DNA from: Escherichia coli
GTDB taxonomy: Bacteria; Pseudomonadota; Gammaproteobacteria; Enterobacterales; Enterobacteriaceae
Assembly: GCF_044324875.1 (NCBI RefSeq)
Contig: NZ_CP172185.1
Length of the DNA stretch: 64,000 nucleotides
Strand: one strand, 5' to 3'
In this document: positions 28,155 through 38,208 of the stretch, piece after piece
Layout: each line of letters opens with the position of its first letter
How positions within the stretch are numbered: the first letter of the stretch is position 1
Position numbers and translations under genes: made by a program
The notes under the pieces: model-generated
The model's database searches: none
What the model saw: the letters and a program-made list of their open reading frames with translations, nothing else
What the model was told of the DNA's origin: nothing

Positions 28155-31100
28155 CTAATCTCTGTCACGGAAACTACCGACTGTCTGGCGGATACGGCGT
28201 TCCATTTCCGCACGGACGGCATCACCCACCATTTTTGCCAGTTCGCGCGGGTTTTGCGTGTGAACATCATGCAGGTGAATATGCAGTTCGCCAGTTAATC
28301 CCCATGGTGCCGGCTCACTCTGGCGCGGTCGGGGCGATGCGGGGGATATGGGCTGGCGCACAGCCTCAACCACCGGACGGGATGTTGCCGCCATCACTGG
28401 TGTCATTAGCGGGGAGAACGTCGGCATGACATCGTGAGTCATAACCGGTTTGATCACCGGCGGAACCACTGGCGTAATATTACCGGACAGTACCGGACGG
28501 ACGACCGGAGGAATAACCGGCACATTATTCACGGACACCACCGGCTTCACGACCGGCGACACGTTCGCCGTGGTGGATATCAGCGGCGAAACACTGACAG
28601 GCGGTGGCGCTGGCAGCGGTGGCAACGAAGGCACACTGACCGACGGCACCTGCGGCAGTCTGACAGGTGGCTCACTGACACTACCCGGTAACAGGGAAGC
28701 TGCTCGGTTAAAGCGTTCCTCCTTCCACTCACCACGAACGGCCAGCGCTTCCGGCAGGTTTTTAAAGATAATATCGCCGGGACCAGCGCGTTTTTTCGCC
28801 TGTTTCGCCTCATCCAGCAGACCACCGGTGTTATCGACGATTTTGTTCAGGCGGCGCATAGTGCCGGTATTCTCCCCCGTCAGGGGTGGTTGCCCCCCTT
28901 TGGGTTTTTCGCCGTCTTTTTTATCCTCGTCCTTTTTCGGCGGATTAATGACGTTAACATCCGCCAGAAGCATGGCAGCTTTCTCGTTCAGCAACTCCTT
29001 CTGTTTTAGTTCTTCCGCCTTTTTCCGGGCGCGCTCAACCGCCGACGGAATCAGCCCGAGTTTTTCCAGCACCCGGGTTAATGAGTCAATCAGCAGCGTA
29101 ACCGGACCGGTCACCAGATTGCTGATAAACTCCCCTACCTTCTGCCCGAACGTACGCCCGGCTTCCGTGCACTTGTCCAGCTCATCCTTTGTTGTGCTTA
29201 CCGGCGCGAACAAATCCACGAACCACTGCCACACACGCCCGATTGTCTGCCCGACATACTCAAACAGCGGTCCCAGTGGTGCCACAGCCTCGCGCAGTGG
29301 CGTAAGCCCCTGCCACAGGCCGGACAAGAACCCGCCCACGACAGCCTTCAGCTGGTCCCAGTGCCGCCAGATAAGCACTGCCGCACCGACCAGTGTCGCC
29401 ACCACAAGGCCCACCGGACTTAACAGAAAACCCAGCGCCCCGCCAAGTGCGCCCACCGCACCACTCACCATCCCCCACAGTGCGGGCAGACCTGACAGTC
29501 TGAGCGCCAGTATTCCGATACCGCGCCCCAGTGAAATCAGTGCGCCGCCAGGTGAAGTGAACGCAGCCAGCAGACCACCACGCAGCGCGCCAAGTCCCGC
29601 CTGCACACCACGAAGCCGCCCCGCAACTACGCCCAGCAGTGCAGCAAACCGTCCGGCACCGGAGGTGATACCGACAAACAGCACGCGCCAGCCACCGATA
29701 CCGCCCAGCGGACCACCGAGTACGCCGCGCAGCTGCGTCAGTAACGGCAGCGCACGACCGAGGCCGGATGTGCCGGTCAGCAGGGCAAACCCAAGACGCA
29801 GTTTTGCCAGCGGCCCCATCAACACACCAGTGGCAAGTGACAGCGCCCCCATGGCCGCAACCGCAGCCAGCAGTACACCACCGGCAATCAGCAGTTGTTT
29901 TGTCAGTTCAGGGTGCGCCTGAGCCAGCGCGGTGACTTTCGCAATAACCCGGGTGAACGACTGCGTGACAGAACGCAGCGGCCCGTCAACGAGGTCAGCG
30001 ACACGGATACGCAGTCCTTCCCATGCGCTGTTCAGTGATTTCAGGTCACCGTCCAGGTTATCAGCCATAACACGGGCAGTGTGATTAAGTTCCCCGGTGG
30101 CCAGTTCAATCTCCTGCGTAAGACGGGGAAGATTATTTTCCCCCGCCGCAGTGACAAGATTCATCAGGGAAACATAGGACTCCTGCCCGGCAATAGCCCT
30201 GAAAAAGGAGACCTGCGCGGCATTACCGTATTTTCGGGTGGCCTGGTACAGCTCATTCAGGATATTTTCCATCCGGCGCATGTTCCCGTAAGCATCCTGC
30301 GTCTCCACGCCAAGCTCTTTCAGTGCCATTGCAGCGGCCTTCGGCGGATCAACCAGACGTGACAGACTGGCACGCAGCGCCGTACCTGCATCACTTCCAC
30401 GGATCCCCACACTGCCAAGGACACCCGTCATGGCTGCCGCCTGTTCAAGGGACAGGCCAAGTGAAGCTGCAACCGGACCCGTGTACTTCATGGTTTCACC
30501 CAGTGAACGGAGATCCGTATTGGTTCGTGTGAAGGTGGCGGCCAGCGTGTCACCCACGCGATCCATCTGGTCAGCGGACAGACCAAACTGTGTGAGGATA
30601 TTCGAACTGATATCGGCAGTCTGTCCCAGGTCCATCCCTGCAGCCATTGCCAGATCAAGCACGCCGGGTAGCGCCGCCTGTATGGCCTGTGGTGTGAAGC
30701 CGGCCATGGCAAGGAACGCCTGACCGCTGGCAGCATCACCGGCGGTAAACTGCGTTTCAGAGCCCAGCTTAATGGCCTGTTCGCGCAGCGCCTTAAACTG
30801 CGGACTGTTTTTGTCAATACGGGTCAGCGCCTGGACGCGTGACATCTCCTTACCAAAACTGACCGCCGGTTGCAGGAAACGTCCGGCCGCATAGCCGCCT
30901 GCCGCCGCCGTACCAACCGCCGTAAGTCCGACCGTTTTAAGTTTTCCCGCCGTCTCCTGAGCACGGGAATATTGCTGGCGTGCCTGCGTGACACGTGCCA
31001 GCGCCTGCCGTTCGCGTTCCAGCTGGTCGTTGTATTGCTGTGTTCGCCGTATGGCCTGTTGAATGGTGTTGTCACTGCCGGAAAGCGCAATACCGTGGCG

Positions 31101-31466
31101 CCGCAGCTCACCACCCAGTTCGCGCATTCGCTGAACTTCACGCGCACGGACCTCATTGAGACGCTCAAGTTTGAGGCTCAAATCGTTCATCAGCTTTTTC
31201 TGTTTGTCAGACAGCACGGTTCCGGCGCGCTGAATTTGCTGAAGTGCGCTTAACTGGCGTTGTGCCCGGGCAATGCCGTTTCCGGCCTTGTTTGCAGCCT
31301 CGCGGGCGCGATCAAATGAACGGGCGTGGCGTTCCAGGTTTTTGATCGCACCCTGCGTTCTCTGTATGGAGTCGCCAAGCTGGCCCATCATGCGACGGGC
31401 GTTTTCGGTGGGACGGGTCAGCCTGTCAACAGCGCTGAAGGCGACCCGTATATCAAGCGTTTTCAT
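28155..31466 (-). CDS. T: Tail tape measure protein, P2 gpT-like
   Basis: ~1100 aa, coiled-coil N-terminus, Gly/Ala-rich TM-like middle, Pro/Val-rich C-terminus; start MKTLDI overlaps the E' stop. Confidence 0.85.
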   Translation of the reverse strand: MKTLDIRVAFSAVDRLTRPTENARRMMGQLGDSIQRTQGAIKNLERHARSFDRAREAANKAGNGIARAQRQLSALQQIQRAGTVLSDKQKKLMNDLSLKLERLNEVRAREVQRMRELGGELRRHGIALSGSDNTIQQAIRRTQQYNDQLERERQALARVTQARQQYSRAQETAGKLKTVGLTAVGTAAAGGYAAGRFLQPAVSFGKEMSRVQALTRIDKNSPQFKALREQAIKLGSETQFTAGDAASGQAFLAMAGFTPQAIQAALPGVLDLAMAAGMDLGQTADISSNILTQFGLSADQMDRVGDTLAATFTRTNTDLRSLGETMKYTGPVAASLGLSLEQAAAMTGVLGSVGIRGSDAGTALRASLSRLVDPPKAAAMALKELGVETQDAYGNMRRMENILNELYQATRKYGNAAQVSFFRAIAGQESYVSLMNLVTAAGENNLPRLTQEIELATGELNHTARVMADNLDGDLKSLNSAWEGLRIRVADLVDGPLRSVTQSFTRVIAKVTALAQAHPELTKQLLIAGGVLLAAVAAMGALSLATGVLMGPLAKLRLGFALLTGTSGLGRALPLLTQLRGVLGGPLGGIGGWRVLFVGITSGAGRFAALLGVVAGRLRGVQAGLGALRGGLLAAFTSPGGALISLGRGIGILALRLSGLPALWGMVSGAVGALGGALGFLLSPVGLVVATLVGAAVLIWRHWDQLKAVVGGFLSGLWQGLTPLREAVAPLGPLFEYVGQTIGRVWQWFVDLFAPVSTTKDELDKCTEAGRTFGQKVGEFISNLVTGPVTLLIDSLTRVLEKLGLIPSAVERARKKAEELKQKELLNEKAAMLLADVNVINPPKKDEDKKDGEKPKGGQPPLTGENTGTMRRLNKIVDNTGGLLDEAKQAKKRAGPGDIIFKNLPEALAVRGEWKEERFNRAASLLPGSVSEPPVRLPQVPSVSVPSLPPLPAPPPVSVSPLISTTANVSPVVKPVVSVNNVPVIPPVVRPVLSGNITPVVPPVIKPVMTHDVMPTFSPLMTPVMAATSRPVVEAVRQPISPASPRPRQSEPAPWGLTGELHIHLHDVHTQNPRELAKMVGDAVRAEMERRIRQTVGSFRDRD

Positions 31467-31979
31467 GCTCTGCGTTCCCGCTGCGAAGGGCCGCCCGCTC
31501 ACGCCAGGCGACCACCTCGCCGGGATCCATCAGGAAGATTTCAGCGGGAGACCAGTTGAAAATAACGGCGATATCCGCCACAAAGTCTTCAATATGCTCA
31601 AAGGGCACGACGGTTATCAGCCTGCCGTCGCCGCCACGCTCTTCCCGCCAGAGTCCTGACCGGCCAAAAAATTAACCGCCACCCCGCACAGCTGAATAAA
31701 ATCAGCGGACCCCATGCGCTTAAGCAGAACCTCGTCCAGTCGCGGCGAAGTGACGCGCGGGAGTAACTCAAACATCGCGTCCGTTTTCATGTTCAGCACG
31801 TCAAGCAGTGACAGCCCGCGCAGTGAACCGGCCTGCTGTACAGCAGGCGTGATTTCCACATACGTGATTTTTTTGTTACCGAGCACAAGGGGCGTTTTCA
31901 GCGTCACGCCGCGCTCACTGGTCACGTCCGCCGCATCAGCACCGTCAGTAACAGGGGCAACAACCGGATTTTCTTTCAT
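31454..31979 (-). CDS. E: Tail assembly chaperones gpE (31617-31979) and frameshift extension E' (to 31454)
   Basis: E is a 120-aa ORF; a -1 frame is open from the slippery site to a stop at 31454 that overlaps the T start. Confidence 0.7.
31665..31671 (-). other. Programmed -1 ribosomal frameshift site (T TTT TTG) for E/E'
   Basis: Heptamer TTTTTTG in X_XXY_YYZ register within E, 15 codons before the E stop. Confidence 0.65.
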
Positions 31980-32029
31980 GCATAAAACCTCAAATCAGGG
32001 GGCGACGCCGCGCGCCGCCGTGGGAAACA

Positions 32030-32548
32030 TTAACCACCAAGACCAATCGCCGAGCGCACGCGGTCCGGGAAGACGTTTTTGCCGTCCTTGCGTTCGATGT
32101 GGTTCAGTAAATCAATCTCCAGCACCGGACGGTCGTTAATGCTGAGTTTGTAGTAGGTACTCCTGACCGCATAGGTGTGAGACGTGACCTCACCCTGTTT
32201 TGCCTCCCCCGTATCAATTTCCGTCACGCGGCCGCGAAGCTCAATTTCATACAGGTCGCTCTGCTCTTCATCGTTGTAGTACTCACCGACAAAGCGCAGC
32301 AGCGTACCGTCGATCGTGCCGCCGTACTTAAGGAACAGTTCGCGGGTCGGCCCGCCCATGGTGAAACTCGCATCCAGCGCGCCGTCATCCAGACCAAGGT
32401 CGATATTCACCGCGCCGGCCATACCACCACCGCGATAGGCTTCCGTTTTACGGGTCAGTTTGGGGGGCGTGAAGCCGGTCACCCTGCCAATCTGGTTCAC
32501 CCCGTCAGTAAACAGCGTGAACACCCTGAGATTTTTTGGTACGGCCAT
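32030..32548 (-). CDS. FII: Tail tube protein, P2 gpFII-like
   Basis: 172 aa directly downstream of the sheath gene. Confidence 0.8.
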   Translation of the reverse strand: MAVPKNLRVFTLFTDGVNQIGRVTGFTPPKLTRKTEAYRGGGMAGAVNIDLGLDDGALDASFTMGGPTRELFLKYGGTIDGTLLRFVGEYYNDEEQSDLYEIELRGRVTEIDTGEAKQGEVTSHTYAVRSTYYKLSINDRPVLEIDLLNHIERKDGKNVFPDRVRSAIGLGG

Positions 32549-33831
32549 TAAGCACCTCCAAGCGTCGCAAATGCAGGACCAAAGAATTCATCAGTAAACG
32601 TCTGGTAAAGTTCCATATCCTCAAGCGGCGGAACGGGCGTGTACTTGTAGCGGATACGCACGCGTCCCTGACGAAGTTCCGTGGTGCTGTTATCCACCAC
32701 GTCATACCAGCACTCCGCACCAACGAGACGTCCTGACGTAACCAGCGCATCCAGTTTTGCGCGAATTGCGCTTAACACGTCTTTCACATTAGCAGGGGTC
32801 AGCGGGGCATCAATCGTTTCAAACTGCGCTTCCGCAATGGAATCAGCCAGCACCTGAGCGGTTCGCGTGTACACCTCAAAGATATACGCCTTCGTTTCCG
32901 GCGTACGGTTGCCCCAGAAGCGGAAACCGTTACGGCAAATGATGGTAGTGATTTCCTTGTTGTTGAGATTGTTGGCATCGCTGTCTTCGGACTGAAGGGA
33001 CCAGAACACCGGGCTGGAAATACCCAGCACATTTCTTACCGGCACGTTGGACAGCGATTTATGCCAGCCCTGTTCGTGGTCAATACGTGCACGTAAACCG
33101 CAGGCGTACGCCGCAGCCGGGAAGACCTCATTAGCGCCGGATTTCGGGTTATGGGCGATGAAGTCCGGCCAGACCAGCATAAGTTCGCGCTCGTTAAATC
33201 TGGCGCGGTAGCTGATTGCATCGGCGGGCTTCTTGCAGTTGTGACAGCCCGCGTAGACAAATGCGCGAAGTTTTTCTGCAATTACACACAGGGATTTTGT
33301 GACAGCTTCAGTATCCAGTCCGGGCGCTGCGATGATGCGCGGACGGTAACCGATGGCATCATCCTGTTCAGCTATCAGAAGTGCATACATACCGGTATAA
33401 TTACCGTCGCCATCCGTGCCACCAATGACATACTGGTCCTGCGTTTTGTGTGGGTATACAGGATGTGCATCTTCAGACTCATCAATACCAAAAAATGCCC
33501 TGTCTTCAGGATCCAGATGACCGAATGATGTAACTCCTGTATCCGGGGCGCCCTGAGAACTGGCATCAGGAACGCGCACCACAATCACCTTCGTGCTCAC
33601 CTGGTCGGCGACAGCCTTAAGCGATTTGTAAAGCGTCCCCTTTGTGCCGGCCTTACCCAGCACATCACTGACGCGGGTCAGCAGTGTGGGTTTGTTCAGC
33701 GGGAACAGAGTTTCATCCGCGTCATCTGCCGTAGCCACAATACCAATAACACTGGAATCCACATCATTAATGGCGGTGGCAAGGCCGGTACTTTCCCTTA
33801 CGCGCGCACCATGAAAGCGTGTTTCACTCAT
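32548..33831 (-). CDS. FI: Tail sheath protein, P2 gpFI-like
   Basis: Start MSETRFHGARV resembles the recalled P2 FI start MSDYHHGVQV; ~427 aa. Confidence 0.85.
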   Translation of the reverse strand: MSETRFHGARVRESTGLATAINDVDSSVIGIVATADDADETLFPLNKPTLLTRVSDVLGKAGTKGTLYKSLKAVADQVSTKVIVVRVPDASSQGAPDTGVTSFGHLDPEDRAFFGIDESEDAHPVYPHKTQDQYVIGGTDGDGNYTGMYALLIAEQDDAIGYRPRIIAAPGLDTEAVTKSLCVIAEKLRAFVYAGCHNCKKPADAISYRARFNERELMLVWPDFIAHNPKSGANEVFPAAAYACGLRARIDHEQGWHKSLSNVPVRNVLGISSPVFWSLQSEDSDANNLNNKEITTIICRNGFRFWGNRTPETKAYIFEVYTRTAQVLADSIAEAQFETIDAPLTPANVKDVLSAIRAKLDALVTSGRLVGAECWYDVVDNSTTELRQGRVRIRYKYTPVPPLEDMELYQTFTDEFFGPAFATLGGA

Positions 33832-33992
33832 ATGTTTCACCCTTGTCTGGCTGGTTGATTTTGCGTAATCATTACCCACACACGCGGTAATCTCACCCCT
33901 TTGATGTTGTCTCCTGACAGCGACAACAAAACAGCCATTCAACGCCGCTGCGGTGCATGAAACCATTACAGAACGCACCAGGAGAGAACACC

Positions 33993-35084
33993 ATGAAAGA
34001 GCTGTCAGTTACCGTTCCGTCACCGGATATCGACATCACCATCAACAACAACACACTGGCAAACCTCACAGAGCGACTCATGACGCTGACCCTGACGGAT
34101 AACCGGGCCTTTGAGGCAGACCGCGTCACCCTCACCCTTGACGATACGGACGGGCAGTTACAGTTGCCACCACGTGGCGCACGCCTGAGAGTGATGATTG
34201 GCTGGCGAGGAGAATCACTGGTTAACAAGGGCACCTACGTCGTTGATGAGGTTGCGTGGGAAGGACCTCCAGATAAACTGATCATCACCGCCAGCAGCGC
34301 AGATTTTCGGGAAGAGTTCAACGTGAGGCGGGAGGTATCCTGGCACGACGTGACCGTAAAACAGGTTGTGTCAGCCATCGCTCACCGCTACGGCCTGAAG
34401 ACACAGATAAGCGAAATCCTCATGGATATCGAAATTGACCACGCTGACCAGACCGAAGAGAGCGATATATCCTTCCTGACCCGCATGGCTGAAATGCTGG
34501 GTGCGATTGCCACCGTAAAAAACGGCAGCCTGTTATTCATTCTGCCGGGTGGCGGAACCGGGCCGGACGGAAAAGCCCTGCCTTCGTTCGCCATTACCCG
34601 CAGCAGCGGCGACAGTCACCGCTTTCGCATTGCTGACCGTGATGCGTATACGGGGGTCCGGGCGCACTGGCTCGATCTGAAGTTCGGGCACAAGAAAAAA
34701 GTGAACGTGAAGCGACGCAGGGAAGCCGGGAAACAGAAACAGGAGAAGAGCAGCAGCCGGGAGGGTGATTACATGGAAGGCGCGGAAGGGAACGTCTACG
34801 TTCTGCGCAGGACTTACCAGAATGAAGAAACCGCACGACGTGCAGCTGCGGCAAAGTGGCAGGAGTTACAGCGGGGAGCAGCGGCATTCTCCATCACTCT
34901 GGCACGGGGTCGTGCCGACCTGTATCCCGAAATGCACGGCAGGGTAACAGGTTTTAAAAGCGAGGTGGACAATCAGGACTGGATTATTGCCAGGGTGGAG
35001 CACATCATAGATGAAAGCGGCTTCACCACACAACTGGAGCTGGAAGCGAAAATCCCCGAATGGATAGCAGATTCAGGCGGATAA
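33993..35084 (+). CDS. D: Tail protein, P2 gpD-like (late control D family)
   Basis: GGAGAG RBS before ATG at 33993; ~363 aa; followed by ogr as in P2. Confidence 0.75.
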   Translation: MKELSVTVPSPDIDITINNNTLANLTERLMTLTLTDNRAFEADRVTLTLDDTDGQLQLPPRGARLRVMIGWRGESLVNKGTYVVDEVAWEGPPDKLIITASSADFREEFNVRREVSWHDVTVKQVVSAIAHRYGLKTQISEILMDIEIDHADQTEESDISFLTRMAEMLGAIATVKNGSLLFILPGGGTGPDGKALPSFAITRSSGDSHRFRIADRDAYTGVRAHWLDLKFGHKKKVNVKRRREAGKQKQEKSSSREGDYMEGAEGNVYVLRRTYQNEETARRAAAAKWQELQRGAAAFSITLARGRADLYPEMHGRVTGFKSEVDNQDWIIARVEHIIDESGFTTQLELEAKIPEWIADSGG

Positions 35085-35127
35085 AATTAAAATGAGCCAT
35101 CTCCACTCAGCCAGATAAGGAGAAGCC

Positions 35128-35379
35128 ATGTTCCGTTGTCCCCTATGCGGTGCATCCGCACGTATCCGCACCAGTCGCAATGAAAATGATTCAGGCACAG
35201 TTCGCCTGAAGTACTACCAGTGCAATAACCTCGAATGCGGGATCGGCTTTACCACACTGGAGGGTTTTAACAAATTCACATCAAAACGCGCCCCGTCGCC
35301 GCAGGGTACAGAGCGGATACCGTGGGAAGATTTTCCGGGATCTCACAGGGGGAATGCTCAGATGAATCTTGATATTTAA
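35128..35379 (+). CDS. ogr: Ogr/Delta-family zinc-finger late-gene activator
   Basis: MFRCPLCGASARIRTSR...YYQCNNLECG resembles the recalled P2 Ogr MFHCPLC...HQCQNVNC. Confidence 0.8.
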   Translation: MFRCPLCGASARIRTSRNENDSGTVRLKYYQCNNLECGIGFTTLEGFNKFTSKRAPSPQGTERIPWEDFPGSHRGNAQMNLDI

Positions 35380-35521
35380 GAACAATAATCAGGTTGAGAG
35401 GACATCATAAGGCAAGTAGATTAACGGCAGATACTTTCCCGCAACCACGGGCAAGTATTTAATTATCCATGATGAAATATGACCTAAATTGTTTTTTGCC
35501 CGCCGGAAAGCGGGCATTTTT

Positions 35522-35737
35522 TTATTCTTTTGTGGTTATGGGGTCATCAGGAACCACGTGCAGATTATATTTTTGTTTTTTTGGCGTTCCTCCGGCAGCA
35601 ACGAGTTCATCAATAAGACACTGACACGCCTGAACATCCCGGGCATGTCTTAGTTTCACCTTTATTGATTTAACCTTATCCTCACCGGAGGAGAAATGCA
35701 GTTCAATCTCAATATCGTTTCTTCGGAACAATCTCAT
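35522..35737 (-). CDS. Small hypothetical protein (71 aa); the only intact copy of a thrice-repeated gene
   Basis: AGGGGGG RBS; decayed paralogues at ~36840-36905 and ~37500-37560; palindromic AT-rich upstream region. Confidence 0.4.
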   Translation of the reverse strand: MRLFRRNDIEIELHFSSGEDKVKSIKVKLRHARDVQACQCLIDELVAAGGTPKKQKYNLHVVPDDPITTKE

Positions 35738-36094
35738 ACGCCCCCCTGAATATATCAGAAATGCTAGTATCGAAAAATGAGAAAACAGTTAGACAGGAGA
35801 AACATATTAACACAAATCATTTATACCTATAGATGAAATTATAATTTCATTCATGAATATGATAGATAACTATATTGTGAACAAAATGAAAAATGGCTAA
35901 ATTAAAAATGGGCATGGAGGAATGCCCGGTTATCAATATAATGTGACGTAGATCATTGTTTTGCCCGCCGGAGAGCGGGCATTTTTTTTGCGCCTGCCAT
36001 CGAGGCGCCTTCCCTGGCGCACACAAAGCAGCCCTGATTTTCCATGAAAACTTCAGGGTTGAGCTGCGGGCACAAAGTGAGTAGATTAGCTACG

Positions 36095-36189
36095 GGTACC
36101 TCCCCCTGACAACAGGAAGGGTGTCCATTATCCATGATATACAAACGAAAAGTCTTGTTTTTTGCCCGCCGAAGCGCGGGCATTTTTTT
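36095..36189 (+). ncRNA. Candidate sRNA unit S1 (promoter plus intrinsic terminator)
   Basis: -35 TTGAGC (36059-36064), 17-bp spacer, -10 TAGATT (36082-36087), then ~95 nt with a CCTTCC/GGAAGG stem-loop ending in the hairpin and T-run. Confidence 0.35.
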
Positions 36190-36315
36190 ATGCATCAGAC
36201 AAGATACAGCCCACCCCAACTGACACCTGAAATATTGCCGCAACAAAAAGAAACAGTTAAATTACGCGCGGGTGCCTTTCGGCTGATGGCCGGAGGGAAA
36301 ACCTGAAGGCCGGAT

Positions 36316-36549
36316 GTGGAAAGGCCCCGGAAAACATTTCTGTTTAACCGAGGCCCTAACCGCATTACCTTGACAAGTGAAAGGTTAGCGCCTCTCCGGA
36401 AAAGGAGCAAGTGCTATGTCGCAAAAATCGCTTACGGCCATCACGTTCTGCGTGACGGCAATCCTCATCATCTGGATATTGCACGGTTCGCTGTGCGAAA
36501 TACGGATGAGCTTCTGGGGAGCGGAGTTTGCGGCGTTCTTACAATGTAA
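36316..36549 (+). CDS. mok-like overlapping reading frame of the hok-like locus
   Basis: 77-aa ORF starting ~100 nt upstream of and overlapping the hok-like ORF in another frame. Confidence 0.4.
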   Translation: MERPRKTFLFNRGPNRITLTSERLAPLRKRSKCYVAKIAYGHHVLRDGNPHHLDIARFAVRNTDELLGSGVCGVLTM

Positions 36550-36556
36550 GAAGTAA
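36416..36556 (+). CDS. Hok/Gef-family type I toxin (46 aa)
   Basis: MSQKSLTAITFCVTAILIIWILHGSLCEIRMSFWGAEFAAFLQCKK: TM helix then SLCEIR and E(V/F)AAF motifs as in plasmid R1 Hok; AAGGAG RBS. Confidence 0.7.
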   Translation: MSQKSLTAITFCVTAILIIWILHGSLCEIRMSFWGAEFAAFLQCKK

Positions 36557-36645
36557 GGAAACCGCGACGGGGGAGCAATCCCCCGTCAATCGGTTGCCAG
36601 GGTAAGGTCGATAAGGCACCCTATCTCACAGACATGAACAACAAA

Positions 36646-36676
36646 CCCGCAGCATAAAAACTGCGGGTTTTCTTTT
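36646..36676 (+). terminator. Intrinsic terminator of the hok-like transcript
   Basis: Hairpin CCCGCAG-CATAAAAA-CTGCGGG followed by TTTTCTTTTT. Confidence 0.6.
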
Positions 36677-37265
36677 TGGTGTCCTCACCGACTTGAAACA
36701 GTGATCAGACTATAAGACAAAGCCCGCAATGTTGCGGGCTTACTCTACCTCTCGAAAATGTGGTCACTGCGTGGACATACGCTGATACAAATCCTTTATA
36801 TCAATAAATTAAATCTTTGTTTTTTTCATCAACAATGATTTAACCTTATCCTCACCGGAGGAGAAATGCAGTTCAATCTCAATATCGTTTCTGTGGAACA
36901 GCCTCATAAGACAACCTCCTGAATTCATCAGAAACACAGTCAACTGAAAACCAGAAAGCAGACAAACAGTGGACACACATTAATACAAATCATTTATACC
37001 TATAGATGAAATTGCAGTTTCATCTATAACATGACAGGTAACAATATTGTGAAAAAACTCAAAACTCGTTAGATTAAAGACGGACAGAGCAATGCTACTT
37101 TATCAATAACATGTAACCTGTACTTCCTTATTTTGCCCGCCGAAGCACGGGCATTTTTTTTGCGCCTGCCATCGAGGCGCCTTCCCTGGCGCACACAAAG
37201 CAGCCCTGATTTTCCATGAAAACTTCAGGGTTGAGCCAAAAGCACAAAGACAGTAGATTAACCAC

Positions 37266-37359
37266 GGGTGCCTTCCACCTGACAACAGGAAGGGTGTCCA
37301 GTATCAATGACAGACAACTCACATTGCTGTTTTGCCCGCCGGAAAGCGGGCATTTTTTT
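37266..37359 (+). ncRNA. Candidate sRNA unit S2
   Basis: Same -35/17 bp/-10 (TTGAGC...TAGATT at 37231/37254) and terminator architecture as S1. Confidence 0.3.
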
Positions 37360-37914
37360 ATTCTTTTGTGGTTATTGGGTCATCAGGAACAACATGCAGA
37401 TTATGCTTTGATTTTTTTGGTGTTATTACAGCAGCAACGAGTTTATTAATAAGACACTGACATGCCTGAACATCCCTGACATATCATAATTTCACTTTAT
37501 TTTTTTAGCTTGTCCTTTCTGGAGCAGAAATATCTCAACATCGTTTCTGTGGAACAACCTCATTTGCCCCTGAATGTATCATAAATATCAGCATCGGAAA
37601 ACCAACAGCAATACAGAAGAAACATGTTAATGCAAATCACTTATACCTATAGATGAAATTACAGTTTTGTTCATAAATATGATAAGTAACTATATTGTGA
37701 ATAAAATGAAAACTAGCTAAATTAAACGTGGGCATGGTGGAATGCCTCGTAATCAATAATACATGATCCGTACTTCCTTGTTTTGCCCGCCGGAAAGCGG
37801 GCATTTTTTTGGCGGTTACCATCGCCTCACCTTCCTGGTTCACATGAAGCAACCCTGATTTTCCATGAAAACTTCAGGGTTGAGACAAAAGCACAAAGAC
37901 AGTAGATTAACCAC

Positions 37915-38007
37915 GGGTACCTTCCACCTGACAACAGGAAGGCTGTCCAGTATCAATGACAGACAACTCACATTGCTGTTTTGCCCGCCGGAAAGCGGGC
38001 TTTTTTT
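37915..38007 (+). ncRNA. Candidate sRNA unit S3
   Basis: -35 TTGAGA 37879, -10 TAGATT 37902, terminator hairpin 37983-38000. Confidence 0.3.
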
Positions 38008-38112
38008 GGCAGTTATCATAGCCGCACCTTCCTGGCACATATGAAGCAACCCTGATTTTCCATGAAAACTTCAGGGTTGAGACAAAAGCACAAAAACAGT
38101 AGATTAACCACG

Positions 38113-38208
38113 GGTGCCTGCCACCTGACAACAGGAAGGGGTGTCCATTATCCATGATATACAAACGAAAAGTCTTGTCTTTTGCCCGCCAAAGCGCGGG
38201 CATTTTTT
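38113..38208 (+). ncRNA. Candidate sRNA unit S4
   Basis: -35 TTGAGA 38077, -10 TAGATT 38100, terminator hairpin 38184-38201. Confidence 0.3.

Noticed and set aside
28450-29922. 490-aa plus-strand ORF, Ser/Pro/Thr-rich
   Set aside because: Lies entirely antisense to the tape-measure gene; low-complexity composition typical of an out-of-frame read through a GC-rich gene.
35695-35748. 17-aa plus-strand peptide MQFNLNIVSSEQSHTPP with GGAGGAG RBS
   Set aside because: Strong RBS but very short, and antisense to the start of the more protein-like 71-aa minus-strand ORF; cannot be resolved from sequence, so left uncalled.
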